32,000 bases of DNA from Pyrodictium delaneyi (GTDB taxonomy: Archaea; Thermoproteota; Thermoprotei_A; Sulfolobales; Pyrodictiaceae): NCBI RefSeq assembly GCF_001412615.1, contig NZ_CP013011.1:1470001-1502000 (forward strand), written 5' to 3'. Positions 9,621 to 17,349 of this stretch are shown here, in pieces. Position 1 is the stretch's first letter; each line of letters starts with the position of its first letter. The position numbers and the translations under genes are program-made. Under the pieces are notes generated by a model, which saw nothing but the letters and a program-made list of their open reading frames with translations, was not told where the DNA came from and did no database searches.

Positions 9621-9807
9621 CACTTTCCAAGCAAATGACTCAATCGCATTGCATGCGCCAAGCAAGTGTCAACAAAAAGACAAAACTCCATAGCATCGAC
9701 TAAGTAATATATATTTGGCTGTTATAATGATAAAGCGGACATCACGATTACATGTCCATTCTGTAATATAGTTGCTGAGACAATGCCTAATTTATATTCT
9801 GCCATAC

Positions 9808-10671
9808 CTACATTGATGTCGAGTCTAGGTGAGACTGCATCTGGTCTATTCCCTTCTTTTTATCAGCCCCTAATCGCGCATGAAATTCTTTTGATACATC
9901 TCTTATAACATCTGCTAGCTTGTCCCAGCCTCCGAGCATGTTTAGGAGGAGACGGAGCCCTAGGGGGATTGGTAGCGGCGTTTTAGTGAAGAACCCGGTT
10001 CTAAGTGCTTCTAGCGTCGCAGCGCAATGAAGACGACCCTCTTGGAGAATACATGTCGTGGTTGAGAGTTCGATAATTGCGTCCAGGTCATGACTGGCCA
10101 TGATCACTGTTTTTCCTTGTCTCGCTGCTCTCGTTACCATCCTAGTTACCACCTCCACACCATGCCGATCAAGGTTAGCTGTGGGTTCGTCAAGGAGTAA
10201 CACGTCGGGGTCGTAGACCAGTATTGAGGCTAATGCAACTAGGCGGCGCTGACCTACACTAAGCTTGTAGGGAGGACGATCTAGGAGTTCTTGGAGACCC
10301 AGTTGTTCTGCAGTCTCCTGTACACGTTTCCTCACTTCGTGCTCGGGTATCCCGAGGCTGCGTAGAGCGTAGGCTATCTCATCGTACACTGTGGGGTTGA
10401 AGAGCTGGTCGTCAGGGTTCTGGAAGAGTATCCCTATCCGTTTACGCGCTGCAGGCATCTGCTTCAAGAGAGGACGACCATCTAGTAGCACCTCGCCCTG
10501 GTCTGGGTGGAGTAACCCGGCTAACAGCAACAAGAATGTTGATTTGCCGCAGCCGGTGGGCCCAGCTAGAGCTACTACTTCACCGGGCCCGGCACGGAAG
10601 TCTATACCCTGCAACACTGGTTCCCCGCGAGTATAGCTGAACCAGACATTACGGGCCTCAATGACCGGCAA
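9808..10671 (-). CDS. cbiO: ECF/cobalt transporter ATP-binding subunit
   Basis: 287 aa with Walker A GPTGCGKST, ABC signature LSVGQRRLVALA and Walker B VLLLDEPT. The TTG start overlaps the end of cbiQ by 14 nt. Confidence 0.9.
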   Translation of the reverse strand: MPVIEARNVWFSYTRGEPVLQGIDFRAGPGEVVALAGPTGCGKSTFLLLLAGLLHPDQGEVLLDGRPLLKQMPAARKRIGILFQNPDDQLFNPTVYDEIAYALRSLGIPEHEVRKRVQETAEQLGLQELLDRPPYKLSVGQRRLVALASILVYDPDVLLLDEPTANLDRHGVEVVTRMVTRAARQGKTVIMASHDLDAIIELSTTTCILQEGRLHCAATLEALRTGFFTKTPLPIPLGLRLLLNMLGGWDKLADVIRDVSKEFHARLGADKKKGIDQMQSHLDSTSM

Positions 10672-11434
10672 CCAGGCTCAGCCCGAGAGCCGCTATCACA
10701 GTCATAGAGGGTAGATAAGCAAGGGCCTCGCTTAGGCTTATCCCGCCCCGGCCAGCTAGGCTTGGACGGTTATAGGAAAGGTTACGTGCTTCGAGAGCCA
10801 TACTAAGCACCAGCGCCCGCTGCACACTGCGTGTCAACAACTCACCTACAGCTGTGGCTAGTAGTCTCCATTCTTCACGGAGTCCCCGGCCACTAAGGCT
10901 TCTCGCCCTACGAGCCACGAGTAAACGTAGTACTTCAGCTGCTAGAAGGGGTGTATAGCGCAGTACTAAGTACATCGACCCTGTAAACTCTCTAGGAACC
11001 CCAAGCCTCTGCATGCCCTCAGCGAGGCTTCTCCAACCCACGAGCCGAGCAACGGACATGACCATGGCAGCAGAGGCTGTAATACGAAGTATAAAACTCA
11101 CGGCTTCACTATGGCTTCCTCCTAGTATGAGGGGCAGCGATATGATAAAAGACGCCACGATGGCATAGACTAGAGGCTGGACAACGAGCCAGCGGCCTCT
11201 TCCCCGGTGCACAGAGAGTATGTAGACTAGCGGTGCTATAGATCCGGCGAGGCCAGCCAACGCGGGGAAAATGGAATCAGTAGACGATACCAGCGTTACA
11301 CCAGCTACTAGTGTTAGAAAAACTAGTTCAGGACGATGAGGGTACACAACCCCCTCACCCATAGCAAGGGTTGTTGTTGCGTCCCGTAGACCCTCTAGGA
11401 GCCCCTCAACAGCCCTGTCGAGGCCACGCGTCAC
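10658..11434 (-). CDS. cbiQ: ECF transporter transmembrane (T) component, CbiQ family
   Basis: 258 aa and polytopic, with an Arg-rich cytoplasmic coupling segment LLVARRARSLSGRG. It sits between the cbiN-like gene and cbiO. Its GTG start overlaps the upstream stop as GTGA. Confidence 0.8.
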   Translation of the reverse strand: MTRGLDRAVEGLLEGLRDATTTLAMGEGVVYPHRPELVFLTLVAGVTLVSSTDSIFPALAGLAGSIAPLVYILSVHRGRGRWLVVQPLVYAIVASFIISLPLILGGSHSEAVSFILRITASAAMVMSVARLVGWRSLAEGMQRLGVPREFTGSMYLVLRYTPLLAAEVLRLLVARRARSLSGRGLREEWRLLATAVGELLTRSVQRALVLSMALEARNLSYNRPSLAGRGGISLSEALAYLPSMTVIAALGLSLVAGH

Positions 11435-11724
11435 TGCTTAGTCAGCCTCGCCGCCACCAGGCCTATACCTAGTATCACTGTTACACCGATGGCGCCAGCC
11501 ACAATGTAGCCTATAGTGTCTGGTAGGCCTGGGACGGTATAGTCGCTGAACGGCGTCCACTCGGCCACCGGGTGTTCCTCGAGGCCCAGCTTCTCAGCCG
11601 CCACGTCGAGGGGCTCGTGGTAGCCAACCTTCTCCGCTAGCACCACGCCGAAGACCGGGCTGATTATCAGTAACACTGCCGCGGCTAGGAGCGCGCCACG
11701 GTATCGCCCGAGCAGACCTGCCAC
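11431..11724 (-). CDS. small membrane component of the Co/Ni importer, PDGLE-domain / CbiN-like
   Basis: 97 aa with an N-terminal and a C-terminal TM helix. These flank HEPLDVAAEKLGLEE, which resembles the PDGLE..aE.lG motif. It occupies the cbiN position between cbiM and cbiQ. Confidence 0.65.
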   Translation of the reverse strand: MAGLLGRYRGALLAAAVLLIISPVFGVVLAEKVGYHEPLDVAAEKLGLEEHPVAEWTPFSDYTVPGLPDTIGYIVAGAIGVTVILGIGLVAARLTKQ

Positions 11725-11742
11725 GAGCCATCACCCCCCGGG

Positions 11743-12408
11743 CTAGGCTGTAGCGTGTACAGCCACCTTCGCAGCCGCCTCGATGATGGGACTTTTACGC
11801 TGGTAGAGGTAGTCAACCACGAGCGCTGTTATCAGCCCCTCTATTACTCCGAGAACGGCGTGCCACGTCACCATTACTGGCACTGAGACCTCAACACCAT
11901 AGGGGAAGGATGGGCTAAGTCCTATCTCTAGCCCGGCAGCAAGCCCTGCAAGCACTATGCCGAGCCAGCCACCGAGGAACGCGCCTATGAGCCTGGCCTT
12001 CCTCGTTTCACCCATAGCCCTTATTGCCGCCCTGTAGAGGTAGTAACCTACTACAACATCTACGACAGCCATGTTGAATATGTTGGCTCCTAGTGCTGTT
12101 ATACCGCCGTCGTGGAATACTAATGTCTGTACCACCAGGACTAGCGCCATGACGTAGAAGCCTAGCCAGGGCCCAAACAGTATACCAGCGAGAGCGCCGC
12201 CTACGAAGTGGAGCGAGGTGCCGCCAGGCAGCGGCCAATTAAGCATCTGCGCCACGAAGATGCCAGCGGCCAGCACGGACATGGAGATTATCTGCTCCTG
12301 CGTTAGCCGGCCCTTTATCTTGCTCCAAGCGACTACTGCGTATGCTATAGTAGCTGCATAGGTCACCATTATCCAGAAGGGGTCTAGGAAGCCGTCAGGA
12401 ATGTGCAA
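11743..12408 (-). CDS. cbiM: Co/Ni ECF substrate-capture component CbiM/NikM
   Basis: 221 aa. The N-terminus MHIPDGFLDP is the metal-binding hallmark of CbiM/NikM, and the protein is polytopic. The TTG start at 12408 follows GAGGGGCGGGTG. Confidence 0.9.
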   Translation of the reverse strand: MHIPDGFLDPFWIMVTYAATIAYAVVAWSKIKGRLTQEQIISMSVLAAGIFVAQMLNWPLPGGTSLHFVGGALAGILFGPWLGFYVMALVLVVQTLVFHDGGITALGANIFNMAVVDVVVGYYLYRAAIRAMGETRKARLIGAFLGGWLGIVLAGLAAGLEIGLSPSFPYGVEVSVPVMVTWHAVLGVIEGLITALVVDYLYQRKSPIIEAAAKVAVHATA

Positions 12409-12463
12409 AACACCCGCCCCTCATGTACACCTTCTCCAATAGGTGGGTGTGACATCAATTATC

Positions 12464-12471
12464 CTATTTAA
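12464..12471 (-). promoter_or_regulatory. TATA-like box TTAAATAG (minus strand) upstream of cbiM
   Basis: The minus strand reads AAGCTTAAATAGGATAATTG about 55-60 nt upstream of the cbiM TTG, implying a leader of about 30 nt. A second candidate, CTATATAG at 12634-12641, would imply a leader of about 200 nt. Confidence 0.35.
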
Positions 12472-12496
12472 GCTTGACCCGCTATTAGCAGCAAGG

Positions 12497-12526
12497 CGCG
12501 TCAAGGGTGGTCGAGCTCTTGACGCG
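12497..12526. promoter_or_regulatory. perfect 9-bp palindrome CGCGTCAAG-N12-CTTGACGCG (candidate operator or RNA hairpin)
   Basis: Read directly: 12497-12505 is the reverse complement of 12518-12526. It lies about 90-120 bp upstream of the cbiM start and just upstream of the proximal TATA-like box. Confidence 0.4.
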
Positions 12527-12917
12527 TGCAACACTCCCCTTGTGAAGCTTGCGGGGGCTGTCCCGCGGCCTGACGCCTCCTATGCAGCTGGTGTCGTGGA
12601 GATAGGGGTCCATGTCATGCCAGTGGATATCTCGCTATATAGCCGAGCGGGCATGCCTTGACGGCGAGGAGTTACGACGAACAATGCTGAGAATAGCGAC
12701 GAGGTCCTAGAGGCTGTGCTAAGCGTCTCTACAGAGTGCCTCAGAGCAGGCGTCTCTGAGGGCAAGGAGCTGCTACGGGGTATTCTCAGACGCTACGGTC
12801 TCACACCCTAGTAGCTGAGAGGCCCAAGACCCCGACTGAGCAAGGCACCCGCACCAATGTCCCCGGCCACGAGAGGCTCGAGGAGATAACCAGCATGGAG
12901 CTCCTAGACTGCCATTG

Positions 12918-13871
12918 TTAGTCAAGCACCGGGAGAAGAGCCGTCGCTACGGCTAGCCAGACCGCTGCCGCAGCAGCTGTGAGCATTACACCACACTTCA
13001 TATCCCTGGGACCTGGGAGCGGGCCCGCCCCGAGCACGTAACTGCCCGGCTTCTCCAGCCTCACCTCAAGAGCGCCCGCCATCGCACTCATTGGATGACC
13101 CGCGTTCCGGCTCTCCGTGACCCTGGCATAGCACCTCCAGACCCGTAGCGTCTCCCGGGGGTTGCCTCCTACCAGTGGCGTCACCAGCACGAGAAGGACA
13201 GCAGTCATCCGAGCCGGCAGATAGTTGAGCAGCGTATCCGCCCAAGCGCTGGCCCAGCCCGCCTCAAGGTAGTCAGGCGTCTTGAAGCCGAGAGTGCCGT
13301 CGAGAGTGTTGGCTAGCCTCTGAAGCAATGCCCCGAGGGGCCCTAGTAGAACTGTGTAGAATATCGGTGAAGTATAGCCGTCGACGAGGCTCTCCGCTAG
13401 GCTCTCTACAGCAGCGCTCGCCACGTGGCCGAGGCTTAGCCTGTAGACGTCGCGGCGCACCAAGCCCTGCACAAGGCGCCGAGCACAGATCATGTCGTCC
13501 CGCTCCATGCAGCTAGCTGCTCGCCACACTGTCTCGAGGAGGAGGCGTAGCGAGAAGGAGACCTTCAGCACCCAAGCCGCAGCGAACAGCCAGGCTAGGG
13601 GGCCGAGCCTCCACGCCGCGTAGAGCAGCGCTGCGTAGACCACGAGGTGACTGCCAACCACTACTATCCATGTAACTATTCCTCTCAGCCTCGAGGAGCC
13701 CGGTGGTGCCAGCTTCTTGGCGAGGATGAAGGATGTGTGGACGGGGTGCATTGTGAGGAGGATGCCGCGGTGGAAGGGATAGACCAGGTCAAGGAGGTGG
13801 GCAAGGAGCAGCGCGGCAGCAACGAGGCCGCCGCCCGGGTAGAGCCATTCCGGGAGACATTGTGGAGCCAA
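12918..13871 (-). CDS. cbiB: adenosylcobinamide-phosphate synthase (CbiB/CobD membrane protein)
   Basis: 317 aa and polytopic. NAGHPMSAMAGALEVRLEKPGSYVLG matches the conserved C-terminal block of CbiB (NAG.pea.mAGaLgv.LgGp..Y.G). TTG start. Confidence 0.85.
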   Translation of the reverse strand: MAPQCLPEWLYPGGGLVAAALLLAHLLDLVYPFHRGILLTMHPVHTSFILAKKLAPPGSSRLRGIVTWIVVVGSHLVVYAALLYAAWRLGPLAWLFAAAWVLKVSFSLRLLLETVWRAASCMERDDMICARRLVQGLVRRDVYRLSLGHVASAAVESLAESLVDGYTSPIFYTVLLGPLGALLQRLANTLDGTLGFKTPDYLEAGWASAWADTLLNYLPARMTAVLLVLVTPLVGGNPRETLRVWRCYARVTESRNAGHPMSAMAGALEVRLEKPGSYVLGAGPLPGPRDMKCGVMLTAAAAAVWLAVATALLPVLD

Positions 13872-13888
13872 CGCCAGGGATCCCCTCC

Positions 13889-14632
13889 CTACAGCCGGGC
13901 TTCGAGCAGCGCTGCTACTAGGAGGGCGGCTGTATGCACAGTCTCGTAGGCGAAGCCTAACACATCCCCGGATGCGTAGCCGAGCCGCAGCCGCGCATCA
14001 CGAGCAACTAGCAGCGACATAGCCGCCCCGGCAGTGAGGGCTGCGAGAACTCTACGGGCCTCGAGTAGGACGGTAGCGAGGGCAGCTGAGGCGTAGATGA
14101 CGAGGTTGATGGCTATGCCTCTGCGGCTCACTCCAAGGTTCCGGAAGAGCCAGCCGAGGCCACGGTACCCTGGGGCGGGCAGTAGTGCGGAGACAGTGTA
14201 CATCGCCTCAGCCGCCGCTATATAGGATGCTACTACCACGAGGGGGCTCCGCCAGACAGCTTCGAACCCCGCATACTTGGCTACTAGCAGGACGATAGTG
14301 TAGGCTAATGCGAAACCGCCGCGCCGCGGATCCTTCATTATTCGGGCAGCCGTCTCGCCCCGTGCCCCCGCGCCCATTGCATCGCTATAGTCGGCAAACC
14401 CGTCGAGATGTAGGCCACCTGTGACCAGGAGGTGGAGGATCAATGCCAAGGCCGCCGCGACCCCGGGCTCGGGAGCTACATGCATGGTCGCTGCGACTAT
14501 GATGCCCTCCAATAGCCCTACGAGGGGCACCAGAGGGTACCCGCGTGCCGCCTCCCTCACGTCGTGGCAGCTTACGGGTATCCTAGTGAGGAAGGCTATG
14601 AGGCAACCCAGGTTCCTCAGCAGCTCCGTCAC
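13889..14632 (-). CDS. cobS: adenosylcobinamide-GDP ribazoletransferase (cobalamin-5'-phosphate synthase)
   Basis: 247 aa and polytopic. FLTRIPV near the N-terminus and GGLHLDGFADYSDAMG match the CobS motif H.DG.aD..D. GTG start. Confidence 0.85.
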   Translation of the reverse strand: MTELLRNLGCLIAFLTRIPVSCHDVREAARGYPLVPLVGLLEGIIVAATMHVAPEPGVAAALALILHLLVTGGLHLDGFADYSDAMGAGARGETAARIMKDPRRGGFALAYTIVLLVAKYAGFEAVWRSPLVVVASYIAAAEAMYTVSALLPAPGYRGLGWLFRNLGVSRRGIAINLVIYASAALATVLLEARRVLAALTAGAAMSLLVARDARLRLGYASGDVLGFAYETVHTAALLVAALLEARL

Positions 14633-14661
14633 CCCAGGAACCCGAATCCTCCGACTGCCTG

Positions 14662-15705
14662 CTAGCCGTTCAAGACACTCTCTAGAGCGCGCAGCAGGAC
14701 GTCATTCTCTCCAGGTGTCCTTATGGAGACCCTACTGTAGCCCGGGCCGAGCCCGTAGAAGCTAGAAGCATCTCTCACGTAGACCCCGTGGCTTATGAGC
14801 TTCTTCTGCATCAGTGGGTGAGGTAGCTGAGGGTGCTCGACTAGTATGAAGGGCGCACGGGTGGGGTAGGCACGGAGCCCTATCCGCTCCATAGCCCTTT
14901 GGATGCGTTGTGCCTCCTCCTCTACGATGCTGCGGCCGCGCTGTACGTAGTCTCGGCTCCTCTTATCCGTGAGGAGTCTTGTGTAGACGCAGGCCGTTAG
15001 GCTCCCGACGGGCCAGGGTTGCCGGGCCGCGTCGAGTCGCCGGGCCAGCCTCCTCTCAGCATGAACGTAGCCAAGGCGGAGCCCTGGGGTGGCGAATGTC
15101 TTGGTTAGGCTCCGCACCACTATGAGGCCTTCGCTGAGCTCTAGGGGCTTGGCCTTGGGGGATAGGTCTATGAAGGCTTCGTCCACTATGAGCCAGGAGC
15201 CCTTGGCAGCGAGCCTCCGGGCAGCGTCTACGATGAGGTCTCGGGGAGCAAGGTAACCTGTTGGGTTATTGGGTCTAGAGATTACTACAACCGCCCTTTC
15301 ACCGACCGCCTTCACGATACTATCCGTGTCTAGAGTGAAGCCTTTGGCTCCGTTCCGGGGCATTACTACTCTGACTAGCTCCAGGCCCACTGCTGGGGCC
15401 TGGACCGCATGGTCGCCGAACCCAGGCTCAGCCACTACGAGCCTCCTGACGCGCAGAAGTAGAGGAAGCAATACGAGTACCTCTGCAGCACCGTTCGATA
15501 CTACTATCTCCTCCGGCTCTACGCCATGGAACATTGTTATCGCGTCGCGTAGCTCATGGTAATCGTGATGGGGGTAGCGGAGGTACACCTTCTCCCCGAT
15601 ACACTCCTCGAGAACCTCGCCTAGCCAGGGTGGAGGCCCCAGAGGATTGAACGGTGCGCTAAAATCATGGCAGCAGGGCGGTGGGCTCCCACCGTGACTC
15701 CTCAT
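14662..15705 (-). CDS. cobD: L-threonine-O-3-phosphate decarboxylase (class I/II aminotransferase fold)
   Basis: The ORF track starts at 15786. The ATG at 15705 forms an ATGA start/stop overlap with cobY and gives MRSHGG, the typical HGG N-terminus of CobD. Other motifs: DFSAPFNPLGPP, NNPTGY, and the PLP lysine in SLTKTFATPGLRLGY. Confidence 0.8.
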   Translation of the reverse strand: MRSHGGSPPPCCHDFSAPFNPLGPPPWLGEVLEECIGEKVYLRYPHHDYHELRDAITMFHGVEPEEIVVSNGAAEVLVLLPLLLRVRRLVVAEPGFGDHAVQAPAVGLELVRVVMPRNGAKGFTLDTDSIVKAVGERAVVVISRPNNPTGYLAPRDLIVDAARRLAAKGSWLIVDEAFIDLSPKAKPLELSEGLIVVRSLTKTFATPGLRLGYVHAERRLARRLDAARQPWPVGSLTACVYTRLLTDKRSRDYVQRGRSIVEEEAQRIQRAMERIGLRAYPTRAPFILVEHPQLPHPLMQKKLISHGVYVRDASSFYGLGPGYSRVSIRTPGENDVLLRALESVLNG

Positions 15706-16283
15706 CGGCCATGCCATGCTCCGCATAGACGTTCGGCCTCCGCGAGATCCTTGGACGTGTTTATGTTGAGTAGGTCTGGACCCCAAGGCTGCCGTATACT
15801 CGTCCAGGGCTCGAAACCTCTGGCTAGGAGAGAGATGCCCAGGGGGCCCTGGTCCCCGGCCTCGAGGGTGACGAGTCCTGCACCCGTAGCCAGAGCCTCT
15901 TCTATGAAGTCTTCTAGCCTCTTGGGGTCTAGGAAGGGCGTATCAGATGGCAAGAAGAGGAGGGGACGTGTCCTCACGATCCCTGCAGCGAGGCGCATGT
16001 CGTGGGGGTAGCCACTGCCGGGAAGCTCTATGCACGCATCTACGTTGAGTCCTGGACAGAGGCCTACAGCCGCAGGAAGCGTATAGGGGGAAAACGCTAC
16101 AACCACCCGCTCCGATACGCTGCGGGCTACCGCTACAACACGTTCGAGTATCATCCTGCCGCAGACCCGGAGGAGAGGCTTCAAGGCGCCCCCGAGCCTG
16201 GAGCCCCGGCCGCCGGCCATGATTACCGCTGCAGCTGCTCTCAAAGCCCGCCTCCTCCGAGACCTGCTAGATGCCGGTGCCAA
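15702..16283 (-). CDS. cobY: adenosylcobinamide-phosphate guanylyltransferase, archaeal type
   Basis: 193 aa. IMAGGRGSRLGGALKPLLRVCGRMILERV is the NTP-transferase G-loop in the form seen in archaeal CobY. It lies between cbiZ and cobD. The start may instead be the ATG at 16220. Confidence 0.72.
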   Translation of the reverse strand: MAPASSRSRRRRALRAAAAVIMAGGRGSRLGGALKPLLRVCGRMILERVVAVARSVSERVVVAFSPYTLPAAVGLCPGLNVDACIELPGSGYPHDMRLAAGIVRTRPLLFLPSDTPFLDPKRLEDFIEEALATGAGLVTLEAGDQGPLGISLLARGFEPWTSIRQPWGPDLLNINTSKDLAEAERLCGAWHGR

Positions 16284-17349
16284 GTAGCCGGTCGTAGAGC
16301 CTGGAGAGGAGAGCGCCTACGAGCGCGGCCGCAACGTCGTCCTCGAATACTGGCAGCCTGGCTAGTCGTAGCCCGGCACGATGCTTGGATCGGTCAACCC
16401 AGTATGTTGAGAGTAGGCCCCGGAACCCCGCTATGTAGACTGCGAGCACAGAGGCTAGGGCCTCGTCGGCGATTATCCTCCGGCTATCTCCGAGGAACTC
16501 CTCGCGGCTTATGCCGGGTAGTGTACCTGCCGCCCCGTGGAGGTCGAGTTCCCGGGCCGCCACTAGGAAGGCCCAGACATTAGGGTCACGGAGCACTATG
16601 CCGAGCATCTCCTCGAGCAGTTTCCTCGCTTTTTCTGCGTCTACGCCGGGTACTGGGGCCTGCATGTACATCCGCAGCATGTCGTCGAGTAACTCCTCGG
16701 GGCCCAGGCCCAGCGTGTCTCTCAGCTTCTCTCTGAGATTCCGCTTGTCTCCTCGGAGCACTGCCTCATAGACTAGCCTGGCAACCCTGTTCCCCAGGCG
16801 GGTGGCCATACCAGCCCATGGCAGCCCCTGGGGTTCCACTTTTGCCGCTACGGCGATCGCGTCGGTAACCGTACCTGCTGCACGACCTCTACACCGGAGC
16901 AGAAGCAGCGATGCAGCTACTGTTTTCGCCTCTACAGCTACTCGGAGGAGGTCGACAAGCGCTGACATGGACAAGCTAGGCTTCTCTACAACCACCGCGA
17001 CGTTTATCGTGCCAGAAACCGGTGGGTCGTAGAGCTCCTCTTGTTCCACGCAGACCGGTGGACGTAGACCAACAGTGGCTATCACCGTTACATTGTCAGC
17101 CCTAAGCGCTATGTAGTCGCCGGGCTCAACGGCCGTGAGAAAGACTGGGGTTTCTCTAGGGAGTCCAAGCCTTGTAACTACTCCTCTACGGTACTCGTCC
17201 ACATTACAAACATTGAAGTCTTCGTCCACACTATGGAATACTATATACCGGCTCTTCGTGAGCCCGGATACTGTTGACAGTACTGTGTACTCTGCGCCTA
17301 GGTTTACGACCAAGGAGTCGTTAACTAGCCTAACTCCGGTCTCTGTCAC
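16267..17349 (-). CDS. cbiZ: adenosylcobinamide amidohydrolase CbiZ fused to a C-terminal PgpA/CobZ-like (putative alpha-ribazole-phosphate phosphatase) domain
   Basis: 360 aa with a GTG start. The N-terminal ~200 aa are CbiZ-like: GTINVAVVVEKP and RAAGTVTDAIAVAA. The C-terminal ~155 aa form a distinct helical region with IIADEALASVL and VFEDDVAAALVGALL, which are reminiscent of PgpA-fold motifs. Confidence 0.7.
   Translation of the reverse strand: MTETGVRLVNDSLVVNLGAEYTVLSTVSGLTKSRYIVFHSVDEDFNVCNVDEYRRGVVTRLGLPRETPVFLTAVEPGDYIALRADNVTVIATVGLRPPVCVEQEELYDPPVSGTINVAVVVEKPSLSMSALVDLLRVAVEAKTVAASLLLLRCRGRAAGTVTDAIAVAAKVEPQGLPWAGMATRLGNRVARLVYEAVLRGDKRNLREKLRDTLGLGPEELLDDMLRMYMQAPVPGVDAEKARKLLEEMLGIVLRDPNVWAFLVAARELDLHGAAGTLPGISREEFLGDSRRIIADEALASVLAVYIAGFRGLLSTYWVDRSKHRAGLRLARLPVFEDDVAAALVGALLSRLYDRLLGTGI

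Noticed and set aside
9721-9780. C/D-box sRNA in the nuoN/cbiO convergent gap (AATGATAA ... CTGA).
   Set aside because: The C box is imperfect, there is no C'/D' pair, and no terminal stem. AT-rich termination zones produce such matches by chance.
12551-12630. Canonical cobalamin riboswitch upstream of cbiM.
   Set aside because: Only the CAGCCCCCGC run matches what I remember of the conserved core. The GGUG.AA.UCC element is absent, and the CCACUGG box (12626-12620 on the minus strand) lies 5' rather than 3' of it. It is kept only as a hypothesis to test with a covariance model, not as a call.
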